Shown here piece by piece: positions 43,501-53,553 of a stretch of DNA of 64,000 bases. Within the stretch, counting starts at the first letter, position 1; each line of letters opens with the position of its first letter. Where the stretch lies: assembly GCA_965206695.1 (NCBI GenBank), contig CBDBKM010000011.1, forward strand, positions 256,001-320,000, given 5' to 3'. This DNA is from Chlamydiales bacterium (GTDB lineage: Bacteria; Chlamydiota; Chlamydiia; Chlamydiales; JAAZZY01). The translations under genes and the position numbers were made by a program. A model generated the notes under the pieces. It did not search any database. It saw only the letters and a program-made list of their open reading frames with translations, and was not told the origin of the DNA.

Positions 43501-46096
43501 TAGTACCTGTTATATTTGTTCTGTTTATTAATGATACGCGCTTTACCATTTTCGCCCAAAATTGGTCCGGTAAGAGTTAAATTTTTATAATTACAGGTGA
43601 TAGAGCTGCTTACTGTTCCGGTTTTTATATAGGTACCAATAGCTGCCACTCCTAACCCCGTTCCGGCATCAATTACCGGCTGTTAAGTTCAGATCTCCTA
43701 CCAAAGTCACTCCGGCAATGACATTAATAGAGCTTATAGTGATATCCAATTGATCTCCGGTTAAAGCCGTGTCGTTATAATATCCTATAACAGCATTGGA
43801 ACCGTTATCGGCTGTTAAATCAATTGTAAATAGTGATCTGTTTTGAACCTCCAGTAAAGGACAATTAACAGTAAAATTAGTAGCGGAAGTTGGCCGGGTT
43901 ATGAAAACCTATAATTGCACTGGATTGCGATCCCGGACCGGCAGCAAGTGTAATCGCTTTATCACTCATCAACCGGATACCGTTGATACAAGTAACGCCT
44001 CTAAGATTATTCGTAAATTCATTGCCATGCCCAATGATAGCTGTCGTATTAGCGGCATTACCTCCGGTTAAAGTTACTGTTTCGCCGATTAAGTTTGATG
44101 TAGTATTCGGAAACGTCACGTCACCAATAACGGTAATATTTGAAGTAGGCCCTGTTGGTGCATGCCCAATTTGCGCATAAGATCCCGATCCGGTAGAACT
44201 TCCTGTAAGTAAGACGTTGCCGGTAATCGCACTAAACAAAATATTACTCATAATACTCGTATTTCCGGTAGCCGTAGCTCCTACACCAATTTGCGCATAA
44301 CAATTACTTCCTGCTCCACCTGTTAGAGCTAAGTTTCGTCCAATATTGGTAACAGTAATATTCCCTTTAACCGATGAAATCTCAGCATGAGCACCTGTAG
44401 CAGTGCCTCCGGTTAATGTAAGATCTCTTGTAGCTGTTACAGTTAATGTTCCTTGGGCAGATACAATGGTAGCCGGTATCGTACCTGCTGTTAAAATTAA
44501 ATCTTGCCCGGCATCAAAACTCATATTACCTGTTGTCGAGGTTATCGATTCACGAATTTGAATGTCTCGATTAGCATCTAACACTAATCCTCCACCTGCC
44601 ACTGTGATAGGATTGGTAACCACAATATCATTTCGCGCATTCATCGTTAAAGTGGTAGCGCCGGTCCAAGTTATTGGGGTATTGACATTAATATCACCTA
44701 GACCTCCTCCGGTAGAGTCAAGATTCGTAACCGTTACATTATTCGAGCCTAAACCTGATACTCCCGTAAGATCAGCGACATCTAAATTGGCTGTGGCTGT
44801 AAGCTCGGGTAAGTAGGGATTGGCAAAAACCGGAGATGAAGCAGTAGCTGTTATGTTGATATCACTAGGATCTAATAGAAGAGTTCCTGTTTTTCCAAAT
44901 GGCGCTAGAGTAGAAATTTCTTTTGGATGATAGTCATAATGACCTTTGCCGGAAATTTCTATAAACCCTCCATTCCCTGATTTTTCTCCCCCTTTCGCTA
45001 AAACAGAACCAAAACAAAAGAGATCTTGATCGGACCAAACGATAACTGTTCCTCCATTACCTTCATGATTGGCACCGGCATTGAGTAAAACATTTTCTCC
45101 AATATCGGTTAATTTGGCATTTAAGATATTTGGATTATTTCCTTGATAATCACCTCCTATTAAAATTTTGCCACCACCAATATCTCCTGAAACATCAATA
45201 GTAGCTTCGTTATATAAATGAATATCTTTACCTAAAACGTGTACAACGCCTCCATGATCATTTGCATTTTTGGCAATGACATCTCCTGAAACCCCGATAT
45301 TACCGGCTTCTGTTGTTAAAAAAATGCGCCCGTCTTTTTCAACAACACCTTGTACTTTAATCGTTCCTGAGTGATTGATAGCTAAAGCATAAGGATTGCC
45401 TTCTGCATTTAATTCGGCTTGGATAGCTTCTAAGTGGCCTTTATTGTTAACATAGGAAGGGTTATCATTATCTTGTTTAGAACTCAGCTTAATAAAAATA
45501 CGCTTTTCATCCGTGGGCTTAAGTAACACTTCTTTTGCAGCAGCTAATGCTATCTCACCATTGGAAGCCATCATCTCTCCGGCGTTATCAACAAAGTGAC
45601 CGAGTAAGATGACATCACCGTGACGGGCTGTTAAAGTTCCATAATTGACAACCCCATTAAAAGTATTACCTTTAAATAGAAGATCTTTATTTTCCAGAAA
45701 GTCTTTATCCATGATATCTAGAGTCGAAGCCAGAAAAGCTGCCGTGTCCACAATAGCATCTTTTCCAAACACAACACCATTCGGATTGATCAAATACACA
45801 TAGCCATTCGCCTGCAAAGTCCCCATGATTTCACTGGCATTTTGAGTGACTACCCGATTTAACACACATGAATTGGTACTTGGCTGAATAAACTTAATGC
45901 ACTCATTTGCTTGGATGGAAAATTCATTCCAATTGATGATAGCTTGATGACTTGTCGTAACTTCTAAAGAATAACTGAGAGCATTTATGTTCGCCGTTCC
46001 GGCTACAACACTTGCTCCTTGGGGATTTGAAAATAGCATTTGATAACCGGAAAAAATTCCCAAAACGAATACAAGTGCTGTCAAAAACCATTTCAT
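37584..46096 (-). pseudogene. Filamentous-haemagglutinin-like TpsA, about 8.5 kb, multiply frameshifted in the central repeats
   Basis: Signal peptide and TPS domain (IINWNEFSI, LNRV, NPNGVVFG) at 43877-46096. G/T/N-rich beta-helix fragments continue collinearly to an open C-terminal ORF at 37584-38804. Confidence 0.85.
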
Positions 46097-46753
46097 TTTA
46101 TATAGACCTTATACAAATTAATACTTTTCTTAAGTTATGTGATAAAAGATGATGTATAACCATTTGAAAATAATTCCATAACAACTTTTTTTGTAAGATC
46201 AAAATCTATTAATGTCAGATCCATTTTTCTTAAGTAAAACTAGAGAAGTATTTTCTTACCTCTTCCTCTCCATTTTCGTCATCTTATGATTCAAAGGGAA
46301 TCTCTTAATCAGAGCTCTTCTAATTGTGATACTATTTTGCCTGCTTTTTCTTCACTCACGGTTGCAGCATAATTTCGACTACTATCTCTAATTGTGCTCG
46401 GTGAACTCATTTTTACCCTCTTACCAATCGCCTAGAAACACAGTATGATACAAGGAAGTCACTATTTTTTAATATGATTTTATAAATAAATTATTTTACT
46501 TTTTACTAATAGTGCCGGCAATCTCAAAGTTAGATTCATTTTTTAACTTACTGATTTTATGTCTTTTATACAGAAAATCCTTGTCTTTTTCAAAATTCTG
46601 ATTATCAAAAATTTTATGTTCTAAATATTTCATAACAAATTACTTAAACTCATAGTTTTTGAAATTAAAAAATTATCTCATAATAGATTTAAATAGCATT
46701 GTCTGTTACAATTATTAATAAGATTATTATTTTCTAATTAATAAAGGATTATT

Positions 46754-46996
46754 ATGATTAAAAATTTAAAAGACACTTTTACTAAAATAATTAGTGCCGG
46801 ATGGTGGGGATCTCTTATTGTACTGATCGCTGAATCATTATTGATAGATTGCGCCCCATTTGCTGCAGTACCCTGGGTTGGTCTTATTTTATTTGGAATC
46901 TTTCTGATTTTGAGTTTTACCCCTCTTTTCGATAGACAACATAAGTATTCTCCTTACAAACCTATCTACGAAGCAATAAAATCATTGAAAAATTAA
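46754..46996 (+). CDS. Small membrane protein (two TM helices)
   Basis: 80 aa, AAGGA RBS, followed by a terminator. Confidence 0.6.
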   Translation: MIKNLKDTFTKIISAGWWGSLIVLIAESLLIDCAPFAAVPWVGLILFGIFLILSFTPLFDRQHKYSPYKPIYEAIKSLKN

Positions 46997-47000
46997 GATG

Positions 47001-47037
47001 AAAAATAAGACCGGATCAATGAGCCGGTCTTATTTTT
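47001..47037. terminator. Bidirectional terminator between the small ORF and pntB
   Basis: AAAAATAAGACCGG..CCGGTCTTATTTTT. Confidence 0.85.
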
Positions 47038-47044
47038 AATTGTT

Positions 47045-48418
47045 TTAGTCTTTGAATTCACCTACTAATGAATGGATACTCTGCTTAGCATCTCCAAAAA
47101 TCATATTGGTATTATCCTTGAAAAATAAAGGATTTTGAATACCTGCAAATCCTGAAGCCATCGATCTTTTAAAGACATAGACTTGTCTGGCTTTATCAAC
47201 ATTAATAATAGGCATTCCATAGATAGGACTGGTCTTATTTTCTCTGGCATCAGGGTTAACAACATCATTTGCTCCAATGACTAGACAAGCATCAACCGAT
47301 TCCATAACTTGATTCACGTCATCCATTTCAACCAGCTGATCATATGGAATACCGGCTTCTGCTAATAAAACATTCATATGGCCGGGCATCCTTCCTGCTA
47401 CAGGATGTATGGCATACTTAATATCACAGCCATTTTTTTCAAATAATTCTCCTAACTCTTTAACAACATGTTGAGCTTGCGCTACTGCTAAACCATATCC
47501 GGGTACAATAACAACCGATTTGGCAGCTTCCAAATAAAAATAGAGATCTTCGATAGAAGCAGATTTAGCTTCCCCTTGTACCTCATCACCTTTTTGTGCT
47601 GTTACAGACCCAAATCCGCTAAATAACACATTTTTCAATGAGCGGTTCATAGACTTACACATAATAGAGGTTAAGATAATACCACTAGCTCCTACCAAGG
47701 CTCCGGATACAATCAAAACATAGTTTTGTATGACAAAACCTGTTGCACAAGCAGCTAGACCGGAGTAGCTGTTTAAAAGAGAAATGACAACCGGCATATC
47801 TCCTCTGCCAATCGGAAGAACAGCCATTATACCCAGTAGAAAGGAAGTTGTTATAATAGCAAACAAGATCGGATAAGAACCGGCAGGCTGCATGGAAAAT
47901 AAGACACCGCAAACGACTAATCCGGAAATAAGAAGAAAGTTGAAAATATTTTGCCCAACAAACTTAAGTGGTCTACCGGTTATTTTTTCACTTAATTTAG
48001 CCCAAGCTAAGACACTTCCGGAAAAGGTAACTCCCCCTATTAAAATAGAAAGATAAATCGTAATCGCTGTAGAAAACCCTACATTTGGATCTAAATGGTA
48101 AACCGCCCAGCCCACTAATAAACTTGACAAACCACCAAAACCATTTAACAAAGCAACCATTTCAGGCATGGATGTCATCTGTACTCTTTTTGAAGCATAG
48201 ACTCCAATAGCAGAGCCTATAACTAATGAAATAACAATCCATGTATAATGGATAATGTCTTGACTAATCAAGACAGCAACGATAGCAATTAACATACCCC
48301 AAGCGGAAATCAAATTTCCTTTTCCGGCTGTTTTAGGATTACTTAATAACTTCAAACCCAATACAAACAATATTGCTGATAGTAGGTATGCGAAATTGAT
48401 AATTAGATCTCCGTACAT
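47045..48418 (-). CDS. pntB: NAD(P) transhydrogenase beta subunit
   Basis: MTSMPEMVA, DMPVVISLLNSYSG, HPVAGRMPGHMNVLLAEA and GANDVVNP motifs. Confidence 0.96.
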   Translation of the reverse strand: MYGDLIINFAYLLSAILFVLGLKLLSNPKTAGKGNLISAWGMLIAIVAVLISQDIIHYTWIVISLVIGSAIGVYASKRVQMTSMPEMVALLNGFGGLSSLLVGWAVYHLDPNVGFSTAITIYLSILIGGVTFSGSVLAWAKLSEKITGRPLKFVGQNIFNFLLISGLVVCGVLFSMQPAGSYPILFAIITTSFLLGIMAVLPIGRGDMPVVISLLNSYSGLAACATGFVIQNYVLIVSGALVGASGIILTSIMCKSMNRSLKNVLFSGFGSVTAQKGDEVQGEAKSASIEDLYFYLEAAKSVVIVPGYGLAVAQAQHVVKELGELFEKNGCDIKYAIHPVAGRMPGHMNVLLAEAGIPYDQLVEMDDVNQVMESVDACLVIGANDVVNPDARENKTSPIYGMPIINVDKARQVYVFKRSMASGFAGIQNPLFFKDNTNMIFGDAKQSIHSLVGEFKD

Positions 48419-48442
48419 ATTATCACCTAAAGAATTAAAGCT

Positions 48443-48733
48443 TTATTTTTTTTTCTTAAACATAACAAGCATTCGGTTTGTAACCACATACCCCCCTACC
48501 ACATTGATCGTAGCAAAAATAACCGCCAGCATACCCAGAATAGTACTCACAGTTAAATTTGAACTAGATCCGGCAGAGATTAAAGCGCCTACTAATGTAA
48601 TCCCGGAGATAGCATTTGCCCCTGACATAAGAGGGGTATGCAATGTTGCCGGTACTTTAGAGATAAGTTCAAACCCCAAAAAAACAGATAAAACTAAAAC
48701 AAAAGATAAAAGGATGATAACTTGAAGATCCAT
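48443..48733 (-). CDS. pntAB: NAD(P) transhydrogenase alpha subunit, membrane part
   Basis: LHTPLMSGANAISG and NVVGGYVVTNRML motifs. Confidence 0.92.
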   Translation of the reverse strand: MDLQVIILLSFVLVLSVFLGFELISKVPATLHTPLMSGANAISGITLVGALISAGSSSNLTVSTILGMLAVIFATINVVGGYVVTNRMLVMFKKKK

Positions 48734-49878
48734 TACTTATCTCCTTTATTTATTGATTGTTTAACCGCATCATTTTGAATAGCAAAGTCATGAGTGATCA
48801 AACAGTTTTTCAATAATTCATTATTTAAATTAAGTTCAAACATTTCTTTTGAAGAATCCGAAAAATGATTAATAAAATGATATAAATTCGTTGCATATAA
48901 TTGGCTCGCATGTTCTGAAACTCTGCCGGGAAGGTTTCCTATGCCTATAACCGAAACCCCATTGATCATAACAGTCTCATTTAATTTTGAGCCTTCAACA
49001 TTACCACCACTCTCAACTGCCATATCAACAACCACACTACCCGGCTGCATGCCTTCAACTATATCTTTATCTAAAATTCGAGGCGCTTTTCTTCCCATAA
49101 CTTGCGCGGTTGTAATGACAATATCTGATTTAGAACAGATCTTTTTCATCTCTTCTTTTTGTTTAGCCTGTTGCTCTTCTGTTAACGCTGTAGCATATCC
49201 GTCTTTTGTCTGACCTGTGTCACCTAAATCAATTTGCACAAAACGCGCACCTAATGATTTCACTTGCTCTTCTACAACGGGCCTTGTATCAAATGCTTCT
49301 ACTCGAGCGCCTAGACGTCTTGCCGTTGCAATGGCTTGCAAACCTGCCACACCTACACCAATAACAAACACTCTAGCAGGAGGAATAGTCCCGGCAGGGG
49401 TTGTCATCATAGGTAATATTTTTTTAAGCCGCTCAGCTGCCATAATAACCGCAACATACCCGGCCAAGTTAGCTTGAGAACTTAAAGCATCCATTTTCTG
49501 AAGCAGAGTTGTTCTAGGTAGCATTTCTAAACTAAAAGCGGAAATACCTTGCTTCATCATCTCATCGATGATCATATATTCATTAAATGGATCCAAAAAG
49601 CTTAAATGGATACACCCCTTTTTAAGTAAAGAGGTCTCTTCTTTTGAAAGATGACGAACACGCAAGACCATATCAGCAGATTTTAACAACGCTTGTCGGT
49701 CATTCGAGACTTCTGCACCGGCATTTCGATAGTCTTCATCGCTTGCTGAAATAGTATCTCCCAGGCTCGATTCAATCGCAACTTCTACATTTAGTTGTTT
49801 GAGCTTTTGAACAATTGAAGGGACCATGGCCACTCGTTTTTCGCCGGGAAAGACTTCTTTAGGAATAACAATTCTCAT
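48733..49878 (-). CDS. pntAA: NAD(P) transhydrogenase alpha subunit, NAD-binding domain
   Basis: MRIVIPKE, DALSSQANLAGY and GVGVAGL motifs. Confidence 0.93.
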   Translation of the reverse strand: MRIVIPKEVFPGEKRVAMVPSIVQKLKQLNVEVAIESSLGDTISASDEDYRNAGAEVSNDRQALLKSADMVLRVRHLSKEETSLLKKGCIHLSFLDPFNEYMIIDEMMKQGISAFSLEMLPRTTLLQKMDALSSQANLAGYVAVIMAAERLKKILPMMTTPAGTIPPARVFVIGVGVAGLQAIATARRLGARVEAFDTRPVVEEQVKSLGARFVQIDLGDTGQTKDGYATALTEEQQAKQKEEMKKICSKSDIVITTAQVMGRKAPRILDKDIVEGMQPGSVVVDMAVESGGNVEGSKLNETVMINGVSVIGIGNLPGRVSEHASQLYATNLYHFINHFSDSSKEMFELNLNNELLKNCLITHDFAIQNDAVKQSINKGDK

Positions 49879-50014
49879 AAACACACCTCTCAATCTTATA
49901 TTCCGTTTATGGAACAAATCGCTGATATTCTTTAAGGATTTCAAGATTATAAGCATAGTATCCGGTTTTAAAGTCTAAAAAATCAACTTTTAATTTTGCC
50001 CGGTTTTTGATATA

Positions 50015-50950
50015 TAGTATTTTAATTTTTATTTGATAATATGTTATCCTTCTTTTTTTATACAAACAGTAAGGACAAAACAATGCCTAGAGCCTATTCA
50101 GTAGATCTTCGAGAGAAAGTATGACAACATATAGAAAAACATCATGATAAAAAAACAGCCGGCCATATTTTTCAAGTAGGTATCGCAACAATATATCGAT
50201 GGATCTTGCAAAAAAAGCAAAAAGGACATTTAAAACCAATCCGCAGAAAATATGCTTATAAGAAATTAGATGATGAGTTGTTATCTAAATATGTAGAAAA
50301 ACATCCGGATTATTTTTTATCGGAAATTGCTGATTATTTTTCAGTCACTCCGCAAACGATTTTTTATGCCCTTAAAAGATTAAAAATTACACGAAAAAAA
50401 AAACTACTCGCTATAAGGAAAGAGATGAAAAGAAACGGGAAGCTTTTATGAAAGATTTAAACAATATTCCCTTTGACAAGAGAACTTATCTCGATGAAAC
50501 CGGGATTCATCAATTTTTATTTCGTGAGTCCGGAAGAAGCTTACGCGGCAAAAAAGTTTTTGGAGCGGTTTCAGGAAACCGCTTTATAAGGCAAAATATT
50601 ATTTCAGCCCTATCTTAAAGGGCAGTTTTTATCTCCAATGTGTTTTGAAGGTACTTGTAATACCGGGTTATTCAATATTTGGCTTAAGGAAGTTTTGACT
50701 CCTCAGCTTACACCCGGTAGTGTTCTTATTCTTGACAATGCAGGTTTTCACAAGTCAGCGGAAAGCAGGAAAACAGTAGAATCTGCCGGTTGTAAGCTTA
50801 TGTTTCTTCCTCCATATTCTCCGGACTTAAATCCTATAGAAAAATATTGGGCTAATATGAAAAATAAAGTTAGAGAGATATTACGAAAAGTTACGAATTT
50901 TAAATTCGCCATTGATCAAGCAATCTTATCAATGTAAAATTAAATAACTA
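50015..50950 (+). mobile_element. IS630-family element A, copy 5 (TGA in ORF1, extra base in ORF2)
   Basis: Near-identical sequence with TA flanks. Confidence 0.95.
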
Positions 50951-51290
50951 TATGTCATTTATAAATTAATTATTAATAATGAAATGACTCTACTTTCAAT
51001 TGAAAACAGCCCCCGGGCAGCAACCCTAAAAAACCTATTTCCATGTTATTTTGGTCATATTTTCTGATTCTATTGACTTTACTTTAATTATTACTATTTT
51101 AAAAACCATGATATTTGATCAAAACACATGCTAAGGGAAAAAAGAACTCTCCTTCTCCTTTTACTCTTTAAAATTAAAATATTAATTTAACTTTTAATAA
51201 AAAAAAGTATACAATATATTTTATATCAATTAGATTGTGTGTTTTCATTGTGAAGTGATCTTGTTTTAATCTTTAAAAAGGTAAATAATT

Positions 51291-52409
51291 ATGTCTACCG
51301 TTAATCAAGTAAATCAGCCCGGCATTGCTAAAAATACAAACTATGACTTTGATGTTTATGCTGATAACTGGAGTTATTGGAATCCGAAACATCGTGAACA
51401 ATATCCGAATATTTCCAAAAACTTACATGGAGTTGTCGCTTTTGGTGTCGTTAAATCAGATGGTTCATTTGATGATCGATATCCTTTAGGCCCGGCAAAA
51501 GATAAGTGGACTCAGGGGGCTCCTCCGGGATGTGACGGTCTTGCCATTGGCGGCTGGAACAATTCCCAAGCAAATGCAGGTCTTAATGAGGTACTGACCC
51601 GTCAAGATCCTAAAGCCCGCATCACCTTAATTACAAACATTATTAAGAATGCTAAGGAGTACGGATACAAAAGAGTTGTCATAGACTATGAAAACTATAT
51701 AAAGCCTCCGCCTGATAAAGCTTTATATACAAACTTTCTTAAAGAACTAAAGCAACAGCTACATGCTCAAAACCCACCGATACAGTTAGAAATTGCTATG
51801 TCTCCGGACCCGGCAAACCAACAATTTTATGATTTAAAAAAGTTAATTTCCAGTGGAACTGTCGATCATTTTCAAGTCATGTGTTATGATTATGCAAGAG
51901 GACAAGGCTCGCCCGTTAAAGTTGATGCTAATGCCGGTGTATCAGATACGCTGCAATTCTTAGAAAACCTCTTTCAAGATAATCCCGGACTGGAAAGTAA
52001 GGCTAAAATAGGTATTCCTCTTTATGGTCTAGAATATGATTTACCTGTCGGAATCACACCTGAACAAGTAGCTAGTGAATTAAAAGCCGGCACATTAACC
52101 GGTAGTTATGATACCGGCCCTACTCAAAGTGTTATCAAAGATGATGATATCAGCACAGAAATAGGTAACAATTGGGCCACTCCTGCAAATGGCTGGAAAT
52201 TACTTGAAGATGGCTCTACTCCTCCTAACTATTTTTATTACAACCACAAACAGAATAAAATCATCAGCGCCCTTCCTCCTCAAGCGGAAAAAAACTTTGC
52301 TGATATGATCAAAAAAAACTTTCCTCATGTAGTCGGCTTTTTTGGCTGGGAAGCACAAGGAGACTTTAACGGAAGTATGATGGAAAATCTGATTAATAAT
52401 TTTTCTTAA
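51291..52409 (+). CDS. Glycoside hydrolase family 18 (chitinase-like) protein
   Basis: AIGGW, VVIDYE (degenerate DxxDxDxE), VMCYDY, GIPLYG and GFFGWE motifs. Confidence 0.75.
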   Translation: MSTVNQVNQPGIAKNTNYDFDVYADNWSYWNPKHREQYPNISKNLHGVVAFGVVKSDGSFDDRYPLGPAKDKWTQGAPPGCDGLAIGGWNNSQANAGLNEVLTRQDPKARITLITNIIKNAKEYGYKRVVIDYENYIKPPPDKALYTNFLKELKQQLHAQNPPIQLEIAMSPDPANQQFYDLKKLISSGTVDHFQVMCYDYARGQGSPVKVDANAGVSDTLQFLENLFQDNPGLESKAKIGIPLYGLEYDLPVGITPEQVASELKAGTLTGSYDTGPTQSVIKDDDISTEIGNNWATPANGWKLLEDGSTPPNYFYYNHKQNKIISALPPQAEKNFADMIKKNFPHVVGFFGWEAQGDFNGSMMENLINNFS

Positions 52410-52420
52410 ACCTTATCAAT

Positions 52421-52460
52421 AAACCTATCAGATTAAGTAAAAAGCTTCTCTGATAGGTTT
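52421..52460 (+). terminator. Hairpin after the GH18 gene
   Basis: AAACCTATCAGA..TCTGATAGGTTT. Confidence 0.6.
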
Positions 52461-52660
52461 TGTCTATTCATCACTAAGCGTTTCTTATACATGCTTTAAA
52501 AATTGACGGATCATCTTTAGCCGGCTAATATCTTTTTTTCCAAAATTATTACTTTACTTTTTTTCTAGACAGATAGCTCTATTTAATATAGAAAGTTCAA
52601 AATAATACAAAATAAAAGTTATCTCCCTTTAATTGCTTTTTAAGAGAAGTAAGTAAGCCG

Positions 52661-53524
52661 ATGAAGATGAAATTTAAAATAATGATTTTAGCTCTGTTAG
52701 TGATTGCTGCGGTAGTATTAGGCACAGTATATGTTATGACTAATAATATTCCCGTATTAGAACCAAAAGGCATGATAGGGGTTAAAGAAAGAGATTTAAT
52801 TATCATCGCTTCTATACTGATGCTCATTGTGATGATTCCGGTATTTATCTTAACATTTATTTTTGCTTGGAAATATAGAGAAAATAATAAAAGAGCTAAG
52901 TATACCCCGGATTGGGAACATAATTATTTAGCTGAATTTTTATGGTGGGGTATCCCTGTCGTTATCATCGTTATACTCGCCATCTTTACTTGGTACTCCA
53001 GCCATGCGCTTAGTCCCTTTAAACCGATTGAAAGCGATAAAAAACCTCTTAAAATACAGGTCATTTCTCTGAATTGGAAATGGTTATTTCTATATCCGGA
53101 ACAAGGTATTGCAACGATTAACTACATTCAGGTTCCGGAGAAAACCCCTCTTAATTTTGAAATTACAAGTGATGCTCCGATGAATTCCTTTTGGATTCCT
53201 CAACTAGGAGGGCAAATTTATGCAATGCCCGCTATGACATCACAACTACATCTTATTGCAAATGAAATAGGCACTTACAAAGGGGTTTCATCAAATATTA
53301 GCGGAAAAGGATTTGCGGGTATGAGGTTCACTGTTAAATCTACTTCTCAAAGTGACTTTGATCAATGGGTAAAAAACGTACATCATTCTCCAAAACGACT
53401 TGATTTTAATGAATACCTAACACTCGTTCAACCCAGTGAATATGACCCGGTTGCTTTATATGTGTTAACACAAAGAGATCTATTTCAACGGATCATAAAA
53501 CAATATAGTGCGCCGGCACATTAA
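52661..53524 (+). CDS. cyoA: Cytochrome bo3 ubiquinol oxidase subunit II
   Basis: WKWLFLYPEQGIA and MNSFWIPQLGGQIYAM motifs; no CuA cysteines. Confidence 0.95.
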   Translation: MKMKFKIMILALLVIAAVVLGTVYVMTNNIPVLEPKGMIGVKERDLIIIASILMLIVMIPVFILTFIFAWKYRENNKRAKYTPDWEHNYLAEFLWWGIPVVIIVILAIFTWYSSHALSPFKPIESDKKPLKIQVISLNWKWLFLYPEQGIATINYIQVPEKTPLNFEITSDAPMNSFWIPQLGGQIYAMPAMTSQLHLIANEIGTYKGVSSNISGKGFAGMRFTVKSTSQSDFDQWVKNVHHSPKRLDFNEYLTLVQPSEYDPVALYVLTQRDLFQRIIKQYSAPAH

Positions 53525-53553
53525 ATTAAAAAAATGAAAGTATAGGAAATAGC

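Noticed and set aside
46309..46410. 33-codon minus-strand ORF with an RBS upstream of tpsA
   Set aside because: Too short and featureless to support; it may be a gene remnant.
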